From Acidobacteriota bacterium (GTDB lineage: Bacteria; Acidobacteriota; UBA6911; RPQK01; JAJDTT01): a stretch of DNA of 64,000 nucleotides. The position numbers and the translations under genes are program-made. Below, piece by piece: positions 18,440-28,273 of the stretch. Within the stretch, counting starts at the first letter, position 1. Each line of letters begins with the position of its first letter. The notes under the pieces are model-generated. The model had not been told where the DNA came from, made no database searches, and saw nothing but the letters and a program-made list of their open reading frames with translations. The DNA is taken from positions 256,001 to 320,000 of the forward strand of contig CBDCJH010000002.1 of assembly GCA_965217775.1 (NCBI GenBank), written 5' to 3'.

Positions 18440-20962
18440 ATGAAAACTTTTTCGGCTTTTGGAATTTTGAATCTGTTACTGACACTCTCGTTGATGCTTG
18501 AGGTTTTCGCCCTGGCGTCGGCCGAAGCCGGCGTCCCGCTCGATTCCTATCTGGAGGGTGCGGCTCCACCGTCCGAGGTCGTCTCCGGCTTCACCCTGGC
18601 GTTCGAGGGGGATCTGGACCACGCGGTACAATTCCAACTGGGTCCGTCTCCGGCGCTCCTGGTTCGCGCCGATCTCACCTTTCCCAACGGAGGATCGACT
18701 CGCCAGGAGCGGTACCTTGAAGCCTCCAGCGATGCCCGCCGGGTGAGTTTCGGCCTCGGTCCGCTGCTGGGACACGGGCCCTGGGCGCATCGGCCCCGGC
18801 AGTTCTATCCCGGGGAGTACACGCTCAGGATCTCGGGCCGGGATCCGGTTACGGAAAAAATCCTCTTCCTGACTCTGTTTCGCCTTCCGCCCCAGGAATG
18901 GATCTGGGCCGACCTGGATCGGCTCCTGTACATCGACGACGCCCAAGCAGGCCTGGACCTGAAACTGCTCCCGGGCGCCCTGGTAGACGAACTTCCGGCG
19001 GTTGTGGATCTGGTCGAGCCTTTGACCGGCCAACGGGTCGCCGAGCCCGTTCGGATATCGCTGACCCGGCGCAACACCCGCGTGACCCTCTCCCTGGAGG
19101 ATCTGCCGCCGGGAACCTATCGGGCTCGCGTCCGGTTCCTGCGGGACGGGGTGGTCTCCCCGGACGGGGTGGCCAGAACCCTCCAACTCTTTCGAAACGG
19201 ACCGGCGCCGCGCGTGGGCGATGCGGCCAAGATCGGCGATGGACCGCAACTCCTCGTGGACGACTACCTGGTCGCCGAGTCGCGCGGTCTCCGCAAAGTG
19301 TTTCACCCGGCGCGAAAAGTGACGGACGGGCCCATCCTCTCCCCCGACCGGCCCTATGAAGGCCACTCCATCCTGTTGGACAACTCGGCCCGCTACAATC
19401 GGGAAAAGAATCGCTACGAACTGACCTACCGCCACGTCAACTACGACCAGACCCGCTATCACATGCTGGCCGTCTCAGAAGACCTTCTCACCTGGACGAA
19501 GCCGGATCTGGGTCGAGTGGAGTTCGACGGCTCGCGAGCCAACAATATCCTGGCCGGGTTTGACGTGACAAAGCCGGGGGAACTCTTTCCCGTCTTCGCC
19601 GGTGTCTGGGACTACGCGCGCCGGGGAAACCCGGACCTGCGCCGGGCCCGGCTGTGGCTCTTCACCGGCCGGCAGACGAGTGATCGATGGGCCCTGAGCC
19701 GCGGCTACTATCTGGTGGTCTGGGACCAGGACGGGAAGAGCTACGTCACCAGCCCGACGCCGGTGTTTGGGCTGGGACAGGGCGGCACCGAAACCATGTC
19801 CGTCTCCGGCGACACCTCGGCGGCCATGGGCTACGACGGCGCCACCGGCGAGTTCGTGGCTTACACTTCCCCGGGTCCCCCCAACCGGGGGCGCGGCCGG
19901 ATCCGGTACGACAACTCCACCAAGGCCCGGACCCTGGCCCGTCACGCCACCCGGGATGGCATCAACTGGGAGGCTCGTTATCTTTGGGTTCCCGAGGTCT
20001 CCGATCCCAACCTCCACAACTACGGCTTCCGCGTGCGGAAGAGCGGAGACTCGTACCTGGGGTTCTTCCCCCGCTACAACGTCCGCACCCAGCACCTGGA
20101 TCTGCAGCTCTGGGTGAGCCGCAACGGCGTCCACTGGGAGCAGCCGGGCGGAGCTCAGGCATGGCTGGCCAACGGCCCGCCGGGATCGTTCGACTGGGGG
20201 GTCGTCTACATGCCCACCGGCTGGCACCGGCAGGGCGGGCGAACCCGAATTTTCTATCACGGGGCCAACTACCTCCACTTCCACGCCTGGGTTCGCGAGA
20301 AGCTCTCGGGTCTGTACAGCGGCATGGGGGGGAAGGACGCGCAAGATCTTGTTACCGACGAGGCCTTCGTGGAACGTCCCTACCTGGCGCCGCCCTCGAC
20401 CAGAGGCTTCTCCTGGTCACTGATGCCCTCAGGTTGGAGCTGGAGACGGGGAGCTCATGGCACGGTAGACGATGCCAGAATCCGCTTCTGGGCGGATCTG
20501 ACCGCCAATACCGGAGAGACGCCCGAGTCGTTCCTTTCCAAAAGCCCCGACTTCCGGATCTGGCCCGGTCTGGCCGAATTCCGGACCAACGGTTTCGTCT
20601 CCCGGAGAGCCGGCCGCGATATAGGGGTCCTGACCACCCGTCCGCTCGTCTTCCAGGGCCGGCTCCTCACGGTCAACGCCCAGGTGCCTCAAGGAGATCT
20701 GAAGGTGGAGGTGCTGGATTCCGAGGGGAATCCCCTTGAGGGGTACACCCAAGCGGACTGCGTTCTCGCCAGCTTCGACGGCGTCCTAGAGCCGGTTCGT
20801 TGGAGGCATCGCGGGGACCTGGGAGAGCTGGCCGGCCGTCCCGTGCGCCTGCGGTTCTATCTCCGGCAGGGAGACCTCTACGCCTTCCGGATCCACCACG
20901 CGGAACCCGTGGCGGATGAATTGATCGAGCCGTTTCCCGGCTCTGAGTTCATGTCGTTCTGA
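18440..20962 (+). CDS. Large secreted hypothetical protein with glycoside-hydrolase-like beta-propeller region
   Basis: Signal peptide; SEDLLTWTKP, TRDGINW and SRNGVHW propeller-type repeats; C-terminal LTTRPL...VRLRFYL beta-rich domain. Function is inferred. Confidence 0.6.
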   Translation: MKTFSAFGILNLLLTLSLMLEVFALASAEAGVPLDSYLEGAAPPSEVVSGFTLAFEGDLDHAVQFQLGPSPALLVRADLTFPNGGSTRQERYLEASSDARRVSFGLGPLLGHGPWAHRPRQFYPGEYTLRISGRDPVTEKILFLTLFRLPPQEWIWADLDRLLYIDDAQAGLDLKLLPGALVDELPAVVDLVEPLTGQRVAEPVRISLTRRNTRVTLSLEDLPPGTYRARVRFLRDGVVSPDGVARTLQLFRNGPAPRVGDAAKIGDGPQLLVDDYLVAESRGLRKVFHPARKVTDGPILSPDRPYEGHSILLDNSARYNREKNRYELTYRHVNYDQTRYHMLAVSEDLLTWTKPDLGRVEFDGSRANNILAGFDVTKPGELFPVFAGVWDYARRGNPDLRRARLWLFTGRQTSDRWALSRGYYLVVWDQDGKSYVTSPTPVFGLGQGGTETMSVSGDTSAAMGYDGATGEFVAYTSPGPPNRGRGRIRYDNSTKARTLARHATRDGINWEARYLWVPEVSDPNLHNYGFRVRKSGDSYLGFFPRYNVRTQHLDLQLWVSRNGVHWEQPGGAQAWLANGPPGSFDWGVVYMPTGWHRQGGRTRIFYHGANYLHFHAWVREKLSGLYSGMGGKDAQDLVTDEAFVERPYLAPPSTRGFSWSLMPSGWSWRRGAHGTVDDARIRFWADLTANTGETPESFLSKSPDFRIWPGLAEFRTNGFVSRRAGRDIGVLTTRPLVFQGRLLTVNAQVPQGDLKVEVLDSEGNPLEGYTQADCVLASFDGVLEPVRWRHRGDLGELAGRPVRLRFYLRQGDLYAFRIHHAEPVADELIEPFPGSEFMSF

Positions 20963-20999
20963 ATCGGATTCCCGGGACTGCCAAGCGCTGGAGTCGACC

Positions 21000-22595
21000 C
21001 TACCCGCTGCGCAGCACCTGTCCCGGCCTGGCCCCGGTCAGGCGTCCCGACTCCAGGACCGGCGTTCCATTGACCAGTACGTGGACCATTCCCCGGCAGA
21101 CCTGGTTTGGATGGAATGTTGTTCCGCAGTCGGTGAAGGCGTCGGGGTTGAAGATGGCCAGGTCGGCCCAGTTGCCCTTCCGGATCGCGCCCCGGTCCGT
21201 GAGACCCAGGCGCGCGGCGGGGAATGAGGTCATGCGGCGGACGGCTTCCTGGGGCGAGAGCAGGTCCTTGTCCCGGACGAAGGTGCGGTAGAAGTACCCG
21301 GCCCAGGTGTAGGCGCCGTGAAAGGTCTCGTTCCTCAGAGGGCCGTCCGGGGCCAGCGCGATGGCGTCGGAACCGGGCATGCAGTGGGGACTGGAGAAGG
21401 GCAGGTGGAGGTCCGCTTCCTCGTAGGCGAAGCAGATGACCATGGTGGCGTGCAGGTCGTCGATCTCCGCCAGCAGGATCTCGCAGACCGTGTCGAAGAT
21501 CTCCAGGTTCCAAGTCTCGGCAATCTCAGCCAGACTCTTCTGGGAGATCTCCGGCAGCGCCCGGCTCCGGAAGACCACGATCCGGTTCCAGTCCCGTTGA
21601 GCCAGCGAGAGGATGATGCTGTGGTGTTCGCTCATCTCCTTGCGGATGCGGGGATCCTTGAGCCGTTCGGCGATGGCTCCGGGGCCTCCCTCCAGCGCCC
21701 ATTGGGGAAGCATGGTGCTGAGGTTGGTGGTGCCGAAGATGCGCGTGTGCTGGTCGAAGGTGACGTCCTGGCCGCGGGCACGGGCTTCTTCCACCTGATC
21801 AAGGGCCTGCCGGACCGCCCAGTGGCTGTCGGAATCCAGCCGGGCCACGGTGGCGATGTGCGAGATCTGCAGCGGGATCCGAGCTGCAGCCGCGGTCCGG
21901 ATCGCCTCGGCTATGGTCTCCCGGGCCTCGCCCGCCCGGTTTCGAGTGTGGGTGGCGTAGAAGCCGCCCGCCTTCCGGGCCACCCGGCACAGGGCCGCCA
22001 CCTCCTCTTCGCTGGCGCCCTGCTCGCAGTTGTACTCCAGCCCCGTGGAGTATCCGAACGCCCCTTCTTCCAGGGCCTGGGAGAGCAGCTTCTTCATCAG
22101 TCTCAACTCTCCCGGGTCGGCGGGACGATCCGCCAAGCCCAACGTGGCCAAGCGAAGGTTGCCGTTGGCGGCCAGGGTGGCGACGTTGAGGGCCGGTTGG
22201 AGGGACTCCAGGTGATCCAGGTATTGGGCCATGGTCTTCCAGGGGATGCCCAGGGAGGACTGGTAGCCGTAGATGTTGCTGGCCGCCAACTCCACGCTCT
22301 CCACCGGTGCGCAGCCGTGGCCGCAGTTTCCGATGACTTCCAGGGTCACACCCTGGCTGACGGCGCTGACCGCCCGGGGGTCCACCACCAGGGAATAGTC
22401 GGAGTGGCTGTGGATGTCGATGAAACCGGGTGTCACGTAGAGGCCGGAGGCATCGATCCGGGGGACGTCTGCAACGGCTCCGAGGTTCCCGACGTCCGAG
22501 ATTCTGCCCTGGGAGACGGCCACGTCACCGGTTCTCGGCGGGGCGCCGGTCCCGTCCAGCAGGGTCCCGTTGGAGATGATCAGTTCGGGTGGCAT
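21000..22595 (-). CDS. N-acyl-D-amino-acid deacylase (D-aminoacylase) family amidohydrolase
   Basis: PGFIDIHSHSD, GVTLEVIGNCG, STGLEY, MTSFPAARLGLTDRG. Confidence 0.9.
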   Translation of the reverse strand: MPPELIISNGTLLDGTGAPPRTGDVAVSQGRISDVGNLGAVADVPRIDASGLYVTPGFIDIHSHSDYSLVVDPRAVSAVSQGVTLEVIGNCGHGCAPVESVELAASNIYGYQSSLGIPWKTMAQYLDHLESLQPALNVATLAANGNLRLATLGLADRPADPGELRLMKKLLSQALEEGAFGYSTGLEYNCEQGASEEEVAALCRVARKAGGFYATHTRNRAGEARETIAEAIRTAAAARIPLQISHIATVARLDSDSHWAVRQALDQVEEARARGQDVTFDQHTRIFGTTNLSTMLPQWALEGGPGAIAERLKDPRIRKEMSEHHSIILSLAQRDWNRIVVFRSRALPEISQKSLAEIAETWNLEIFDTVCEILLAEIDDLHATMVICFAYEEADLHLPFSSPHCMPGSDAIALAPDGPLRNETFHGAYTWAGYFYRTFVRDKDLLSPQEAVRRMTSFPAARLGLTDRGAIRKGNWADLAIFNPDAFTDCGTTFHPNQVCRGMVHVLVNGTPVLESGRLTGARPGQVLRSG

Positions 22596-22767
22596 TGCCG
22601 GGTCAGACCAAGGTCAAGCATCGCGTTGCATTCGGGACAAGGATAGTTTTGATCTCCTTGCCGGTAAAGCTCCAAGGGACTTGCAGGAGTTACCCTGCGA
22701 GGGAAAAATCCAATGGCAACCAATTTTCAGAGCCGATCTTGATCTGGAGAAGAAGGGGAACAGCCAC

Positions 22768-23655
22768 GTGAGAATTACATTACTGGGCACCGGGACTCCG
22801 ACACCCTCGGTCAAGCGGGCCGGTTCGGGCTATCTGGTGGAAACCGAGTCAGAGAGTTTTGTGTTCGACTGCGGGCCCGGTTCCTACAGCCGTTTTCTGG
22901 AGGCGGGGAAAGCGCCGACCGGGATCACGCAACTCTTTGTAACCCATTGGCACTATGATCATTGCACTGATCTTCCCCACTACGTTCTCCAGCGCTGGGA
23001 TCAGGGGGCGGGGAAGATCCCCGAGTTGAAGATCTATGGTCCTCGGCCGATCCGGCGAATCGTGGCAGCCCTGTTTGAAAAAGACGGGGTCTTCGATTCC
23101 GATCTGGAGGCCAGGACCCGGAACGAAATGAGTGTGGCGATTTATCATGCCCGCGGCGGCACCGGGGCGAGAGAACGTCCGCGGCCCATCATTGCCGAAG
23201 CGGAACATGGATCCGAGTTCCGGGGAGACAATTGGACGGTCCGGGCCATTGAAGTTCCCCATGTTCAACCGTATCTGCGCTGCCTGGCCTATCGATTGGA
23301 CTCGGAAGAGTACTCTCTGGTTTACAGTGGAGATTCAGGTCCGACCGATCGCATGATCTCCTTTTCCGAAGGTGCTGACGTGCTCATTCACATGTGCCAC
23401 TACCTCACGGGAACGGAGTTGAACGAAGCCATGTCAAGGGGTTGCGGAAGCCCTGGAATGATTGGTGCTCTGGCCCGGGACGCAGGTGTCAAAACCGTTG
23501 TTCTGACTCATATTACGGGACAGATCGACAAACCGGGCGTGCGGGAACGGGTCATCTCGGAAGTTCGTGAGATCTTCCGGGGCACCGTCATATTTGGCGA
23601 AGATCTGACTGTGATCTCCCCGGAATCGACCGGTCGCGCGGGTGTGCTTCTTTGA
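22768..23655 (+). CDS. MBL-fold metallo-hydrolase (RNase Z/AtsA-like)
   Basis: LLGTGTP, FDCGPG, THWHYDH (HxHxDH), YSGDS, LTH. GTG start after AAGGGG RBS. Confidence 0.85.
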   Translation: MRITLLGTGTPTPSVKRAGSGYLVETESESFVFDCGPGSYSRFLEAGKAPTGITQLFVTHWHYDHCTDLPHYVLQRWDQGAGKIPELKIYGPRPIRRIVAALFEKDGVFDSDLEARTRNEMSVAIYHARGGTGARERPRPIIAEAEHGSEFRGDNWTVRAIEVPHVQPYLRCLAYRLDSEEYSLVYSGDSGPTDRMISFSEGADVLIHMCHYLTGTELNEAMSRGCGSPGMIGALARDAGVKTVVLTHITGQIDKPGVRERVISEVREIFRGTVIFGEDLTVISPESTGRAGVLL

Positions 23656-23759
23656 CCCGCATTTCTGAATGGGGGGGCGCGGCGGCGATGGGCCTGGGTC
23701 CGTGCGGGAGGAATTCGAAGCTGTTCCTGTTCAATCCGCGTTGGAAAGCGAGGAAGCAG

Positions 23760-25844
23760 ATGGAAGTTGGCGCGACGACGGGGCTGATATTGGTTCTGGT
23801 TCTGTTGTTTGCCGGTTCTTGCGGGCCGGGAGCCGAACCGAGTGAGAGTCCGCCAGTGACGACGAGTTCGGAAAGACCCGCTTGGCTCGACGAGGAGCCC
23901 ATCATCATCGTGGGCGGTTGGGACGACATGCCTCTCTTTCGGCGGCGGGTGGGCAGCCTGAGGACCTGGCACGAAGAGGCGTACGAGCAGGCTCACACCG
24001 AGGAGCGGGTCCTCCAGTTGAAGGAACTGGGCGTCACCATGGCGGTGCTCCACTTCTACAAGGGCTTCGGGCTCGAGGCCGAGGCTGAGCACCTGGCCTA
24101 CGCCCGGAAGCTGGCCGAACTGTGCCGCAAGCACGGCATCCGGGTGGGCGTGTACGTGGGGAGCACCGTGGCTTACGAGACCTTCCTGCTGGAGAAGCCG
24201 GAGGCCGAAGCCTGGTTCGTGCCCGACTACCTGGGACAACCGGTCCATTACGGCCGCACCCAGACCTTCCGGAAACGGGTCTATTTCGCCCATCCCGGCT
24301 ACAAGGAATACATCCGCAAAGTGGTCCGCATGGCGGTGGAGGACTTCCAGGTGGACCTGATCCACTTCGACAACACCAGCACGCAGGGCCGCAGGCCAAT
24401 GTTCTTTCATCCCATGGCCATCGAGGATTTCCGGGAGTTTCTCAAGAAAAAATACACCCCGGATTTGTTGAAGCAGCGGCTGGGTTTCAACGATCTCCGA
24501 TACGTCACCCCGCCGGTGCACGAGGCCCCGCTCTCCACCATCAGCGACCCCCTCTTCCAGGAGTGGGCCGACTTCCGCTGCCATCAGTTGACCGAGTACT
24601 ACCGTGAGATGAAGGAGTACATCCACAGCCTCAATCCACTGGTGGCGGTGGAGAACAACCCTCACTCCGGCATGTCGGGCCTGAACACCGTCTGGGAGCA
24701 GGGGGTGGACTACCCTCGTCTCCTGGAGCAGACGGACATCGTCTGGACGGAGGAGGGCAACGAGGCCGGAATCAGCCCCGAGGGGGTGTTGATCTCAAAG
24801 ATCCGGAGCTACAAGACGGCCACCGGACTGGGAAACAAAATCTTCAGCTACACCTTTCGGACTCCCCTGGCGGTGGCCGAAGCCATGGCCTACAACCGGG
24901 GTTGCCTGGGAATGGTGGGAGGCATACAGGAGTACCCCGATCCGCCCCCGGCGCAGCGGCGCTATGTCCGCTTCTACCGCGACCGGTTCGACTATTATCG
25001 GAAGCCCGAGAGCGCCGCCGACGTGGCTGTGTTCCACTCCTATGCCACCATGGCCTTCAACAACGACCGCCCTTACCAGAGCACCTTTCTCTTCGAACAG
25101 GCCCTGATCCAGGCCAAGGTCCCTTTCGACCTCATCTTCGACCGCCATCTTTCCGATCTCTCGCGCTACCGGGTGCTGGTCCTGGCGGATCAGGAGTGCC
25201 TGAGCGATGAGCAGATGGAACAGATCCGCGCTTTCGTGAAAGGGGGAGGGGGATTGGTGGCCACCGAGCACAGCTCCCTCTTGACACCCTGGAGAAGCCG
25301 CCGCCGCGACTTCGGGTTGGCGGATCTCTTCGCGGTCCGGGCTCCGGAATTCGTGCCCTGGCCCCGGCAGCCCGAGGCGATTCTGCGGATCGATCCGGTC
25401 CGGCGCCGCGAAGGCGAAGGCCGTGTTGTCTACCTGCCCGAGGTGAAACCGGCCGTCGAGAAACCGGCCGCGGAGCCCATGACCAGCCGGTATTGGCACC
25501 TTCCCGTCAACTGGAAGGAACTGGTGGAGTCGGTCCGATGGGCCGGCGGCGGCGACCCGCTCTTGGAGATTGACGGGCCGCTGACCGTCACCGCCGAGTT
25601 GCTGAGCCAGGAGCGGGAGAACCGCCTGCTCCTGCATCTGGTCAACTACGGGATGGAAGAGAACCCGCTGGTCCGGGACCTGCAGATCAACCTCAGACCA
25701 GGAGAGAGAAAGGTCCGGAAGGTCTACACGCTGTCCCCCGACGGGGGAGAGATCCCCGACCTGAAGTTCCGAGCCGAGGGGAGTCGGATCCGGTTCACGC
25801 TGCCCCGGCTGGAAACCTACACGCTGGTGGTGATTCAGCTCTGA
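23760..25844 (+). CDS. Putative lipoprotein, glycoside-hydrolase-like TIM barrel + beta-galactosidase trimerisation-like domain
   Basis: LFAGSC lipobox-like signal; DLIHFDN; LSRYRVLVLADQECLSDEQMEQIRAFVKGGGGLVAT typical of GH42 middle domains. Confidence 0.6.
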   Translation: MEVGATTGLILVLVLLFAGSCGPGAEPSESPPVTTSSERPAWLDEEPIIIVGGWDDMPLFRRRVGSLRTWHEEAYEQAHTEERVLQLKELGVTMAVLHFYKGFGLEAEAEHLAYARKLAELCRKHGIRVGVYVGSTVAYETFLLEKPEAEAWFVPDYLGQPVHYGRTQTFRKRVYFAHPGYKEYIRKVVRMAVEDFQVDLIHFDNTSTQGRRPMFFHPMAIEDFREFLKKKYTPDLLKQRLGFNDLRYVTPPVHEAPLSTISDPLFQEWADFRCHQLTEYYREMKEYIHSLNPLVAVENNPHSGMSGLNTVWEQGVDYPRLLEQTDIVWTEEGNEAGISPEGVLISKIRSYKTATGLGNKIFSYTFRTPLAVAEAMAYNRGCLGMVGGIQEYPDPPPAQRRYVRFYRDRFDYYRKPESAADVAVFHSYATMAFNNDRPYQSTFLFEQALIQAKVPFDLIFDRHLSDLSRYRVLVLADQECLSDEQMEQIRAFVKGGGGLVATEHSSLLTPWRSRRRDFGLADLFAVRAPEFVPWPRQPEAILRIDPVRRREGEGRVVYLPEVKPAVEKPAAEPMTSRYWHLPVNWKELVESVRWAGGGDPLLEIDGPLTVTAELLSQERENRLLLHLVNYGMEENPLVRDLQINLRPGERKVRKVYTLSPDGGEIPDLKFRAEGSRIRFTLPRLETYTLVVIQL

Positions 25845-25902
25845 GCGCCAGTTCGACGGAGTGCCGGGAGCGAGGGAATCCGGGAGAATTCCTTCATGGG
25901 GT

Positions 25903-28269
25903 TCAGAAGTGGAGCCGCTTCAGCGGCACCCGCTCGTACCCTTCCTGGCCCTCGACGACCCGGATCAGTTGGCCCGAACTCACTTTACCCAAACGCTGGG
26001 TCTTGCCGGTCGTGGGCCAGAAGATCTCGACCTCGCTGGCCGACGCGGCCCGGCCCAGGCCGATGGTCTGGCGCAAGGGGTTGCCCCCGAAGCTTCCCCC
26101 GCTGTTGACGTGGCGGTAGATGGATCGGCTGGCGCCCTCTTCCACGACCTGCACCCGGATCCGAGCGCCGATGGCGGAAGCGTTGGACTCCCGGCCCACC
26201 AGTTGGATGGCCAGCCAGTGATTGTCGTTTCCGGGGTTCTCGTAGAGGGCGTCGTTGAAGGCGTCCACCGGGAAGGCGCCTCCCATCTGCTCGAAGACGT
26301 CCAGGTCGCCGTCGTTGTCCAGATCGGCGAAAGCGACGCCGTGACCCTTCTGAAGATGACCAAACCCCCCCGCTATGGTCACGTCCTCGAACCCCTGGCC
26401 AGCCTGGTTCAGAAACATGAGGTTGGGGACGATGCTGGCGAGACTGGGATCACCGGTTCCCAGGTAGAAGTCCAGGTAGCCGTCGTTGTTCAGGTCGCCG
26501 AAGTTGGAACCCATGGGCTGCATGGGCACGGTCAGGTTGCGCTCACTGACCACGTCCCGAAAGCCACCTCGGCCGTCTCCCTCGTAGAGACAGGCCTTTT
26601 CGAAATCCGGGGAGAGTCCCAGACGGTAGGAGGCCTGGTGACCGATGTGACCGGCGTAGCTGGAGACGAACAGGTCCAGATGCCCGTCGTTGTTGTAGTC
26701 CCAGAACCAGGCCGGAAAGCTTTTGCTGGGACGCCCGACATCCAGCTTCACCGTGACGTCTTCGAAGGTTCCGTCTCCCCGGTTCCGGTAAAGCCGGTTC
26801 GGGTCCCGGTAGTTGGAGACGTACAGATCCGGATAGCGGTCCCCATCGTAATCTCCCCAGGAGACCCCCTTGGTGAAGGCGTAGCCCTTAACGCCGGCCT
26901 GCTCCGCCACGTCCTGAAAGGTGCCGTTCCCCTGGTTTTGGAACAACTGCCAGGGGGCCTGGTAATCCCTCAGAGATTCGTTTCCGATGAAGAGGTCCAG
27001 ATCGCCGTCGTTGTCGTAGTCGGCCCAGCCGGCCACCTGGGTCGGATAGGAGACCTCCGCCAGGCCGGCATCGAAGGTCACGTCCTGGAAACTGCCGTCC
27101 CCCCGGTTCCTCAAGAGGGAGTTGGGGTGCTGTCCCTCCACGCCGCACCAGGCTCCGCGCAGAACCAGAACGTCCAGGTGCCCGTCATTGTCGTAGTCGG
27201 CATGGAGCATATTGAGACCTCCCCAGAGTCCCTCCAGGCCCGCCTCCCGGGATCGCTCCCGAAAGGTCCCGTCTCCGCGGTTGCGAAAGTAGCGCATCGG
27301 GCCGGAGGCGTCCCAGGTAGAGGTGAGGATGTCCAGGTAACCGTCCCCGTCGAAATCGTCCACGATGGCCCCACCGGCCAGATTGAAGCTGCTGGTTCCC
27401 AGTTTCAGGGCGATGTTGCGGAAGCGCCGGAACGGGACTCTGGACTGGAAGGTCGATTCGGGGATCCGGTAGCGGGCCGGAACGCCGTCCGGGTACTGGT
27501 CCAGCGTCATGTAGGCGATGTTGAGGAGCCAAAGGGACGGATAATAGTAGCCGTAGCCCTCTTCCGGAGAAGAGTTGTCCAGCATCTCGGTAAAATACCG
27601 AATGGCCCGGGTGGATCCCTGCGGGAGGGAGTGGATTCCTTCTCCCCGCAGAGGGAGTATGCAGCGCTCGGCACCGTGCTGGACGGTGCAGTTCTGGGTC
27701 TCCCCCATCCGCATGTAGGCCACGCCCAACTCGAAGATGGTCTGGTCCACCTTGGTCCGCTGGAGATGGGTGCGGACTTCGGGCAGGAGATCATAGGCGG
27801 CTTTCAGGTGCTCGATGCCTGCCTCCTCCTCGCCGAGCCGCACCTCGGCGACTCCCAGGTCCAGCAGGATGTCCCAGCGGTTCAGGTTCTTCCAATAGGA
27901 GGGAGTGTCCGGGTCGGAGGCGCTCTGTTCCAACTCCTCCAGCTGGCGCCGGTAGTCGCGCACGACGCTGTCTCCCTGGTAGGGATTCTTGCTATCCGTC
28001 TCGACGGCTACCTGCCGAAGAACCTGGAGCATGCGCCGGTGTCCCGGGGAGAGATCCCGATCAGCCGCTGGGTGGTCCCCCTTGTCCTGGATTGCCGGGT
28101 TCGGATGGTGATGGTGTGGTTTCTTGGGATCCGAAGTCTGGACCGGCAGAAGAGGTTGGGAGTGTCCCAAAATGACGGCTGCCACCAGAGCGGCCCGCAT
28201 CGCCGCGCCAACGGAATTACCGGTGACACGCCTCGCCGACAGCAACCGCAATGGGCGAACTTCAGTCAT
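25903..28269 (-). CDS. CRTAC1-family FG-GAP/ASPIC-UnbV protein with N-terminal helical (TPR-like) domain
   Basis: DFDGDG / DYDNDG repeats, GFGHLQKGHGVAFADLDNDGDLD, SGGSFG...IGLG. N-terminal ETQNC...CILPL region. Confidence 0.88.
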   Translation of the reverse strand: MTEVRPLRLLSARRVTGNSVGAAMRAALVAAVILGHSQPLLPVQTSDPKKPHHHHPNPAIQDKGDHPAADRDLSPGHRRMLQVLRQVAVETDSKNPYQGDSVVRDYRRQLEELEQSASDPDTPSYWKNLNRWDILLDLGVAEVRLGEEEAGIEHLKAAYDLLPEVRTHLQRTKVDQTIFELGVAYMRMGETQNCTVQHGAERCILPLRGEGIHSLPQGSTRAIRYFTEMLDNSSPEEGYGYYYPSLWLLNIAYMTLDQYPDGVPARYRIPESTFQSRVPFRRFRNIALKLGTSSFNLAGGAIVDDFDGDGYLDILTSTWDASGPMRYFRNRGDGTFRERSREAGLEGLWGGLNMLHADYDNDGHLDVLVLRGAWCGVEGQHPNSLLRNRGDGSFQDVTFDAGLAEVSYPTQVAGWADYDNDGDLDLFIGNESLRDYQAPWQLFQNQGNGTFQDVAEQAGVKGYAFTKGVSWGDYDGDRYPDLYVSNYRDPNRLYRNRGDGTFEDVTVKLDVGRPSKSFPAWFWDYNNDGHLDLFVSSYAGHIGHQASYRLGLSPDFEKACLYEGDGRGGFRDVVSERNLTVPMQPMGSNFGDLNNDGYLDFYLGTGDPSLASIVPNLMFLNQAGQGFEDVTIAGGFGHLQKGHGVAFADLDNDGDLDVFEQMGGAFPVDAFNDALYENPGNDNHWLAIQLVGRESNASAIGARIRVQVVEEGASRSIYRHVNSGGSFGGNPLRQTIGLGRAASASEVEIFWPTTGKTQRLGKVSSGQLIRVVEGQEGYERVPLKRLHF

Positions 28270-28273
28270 GAGG

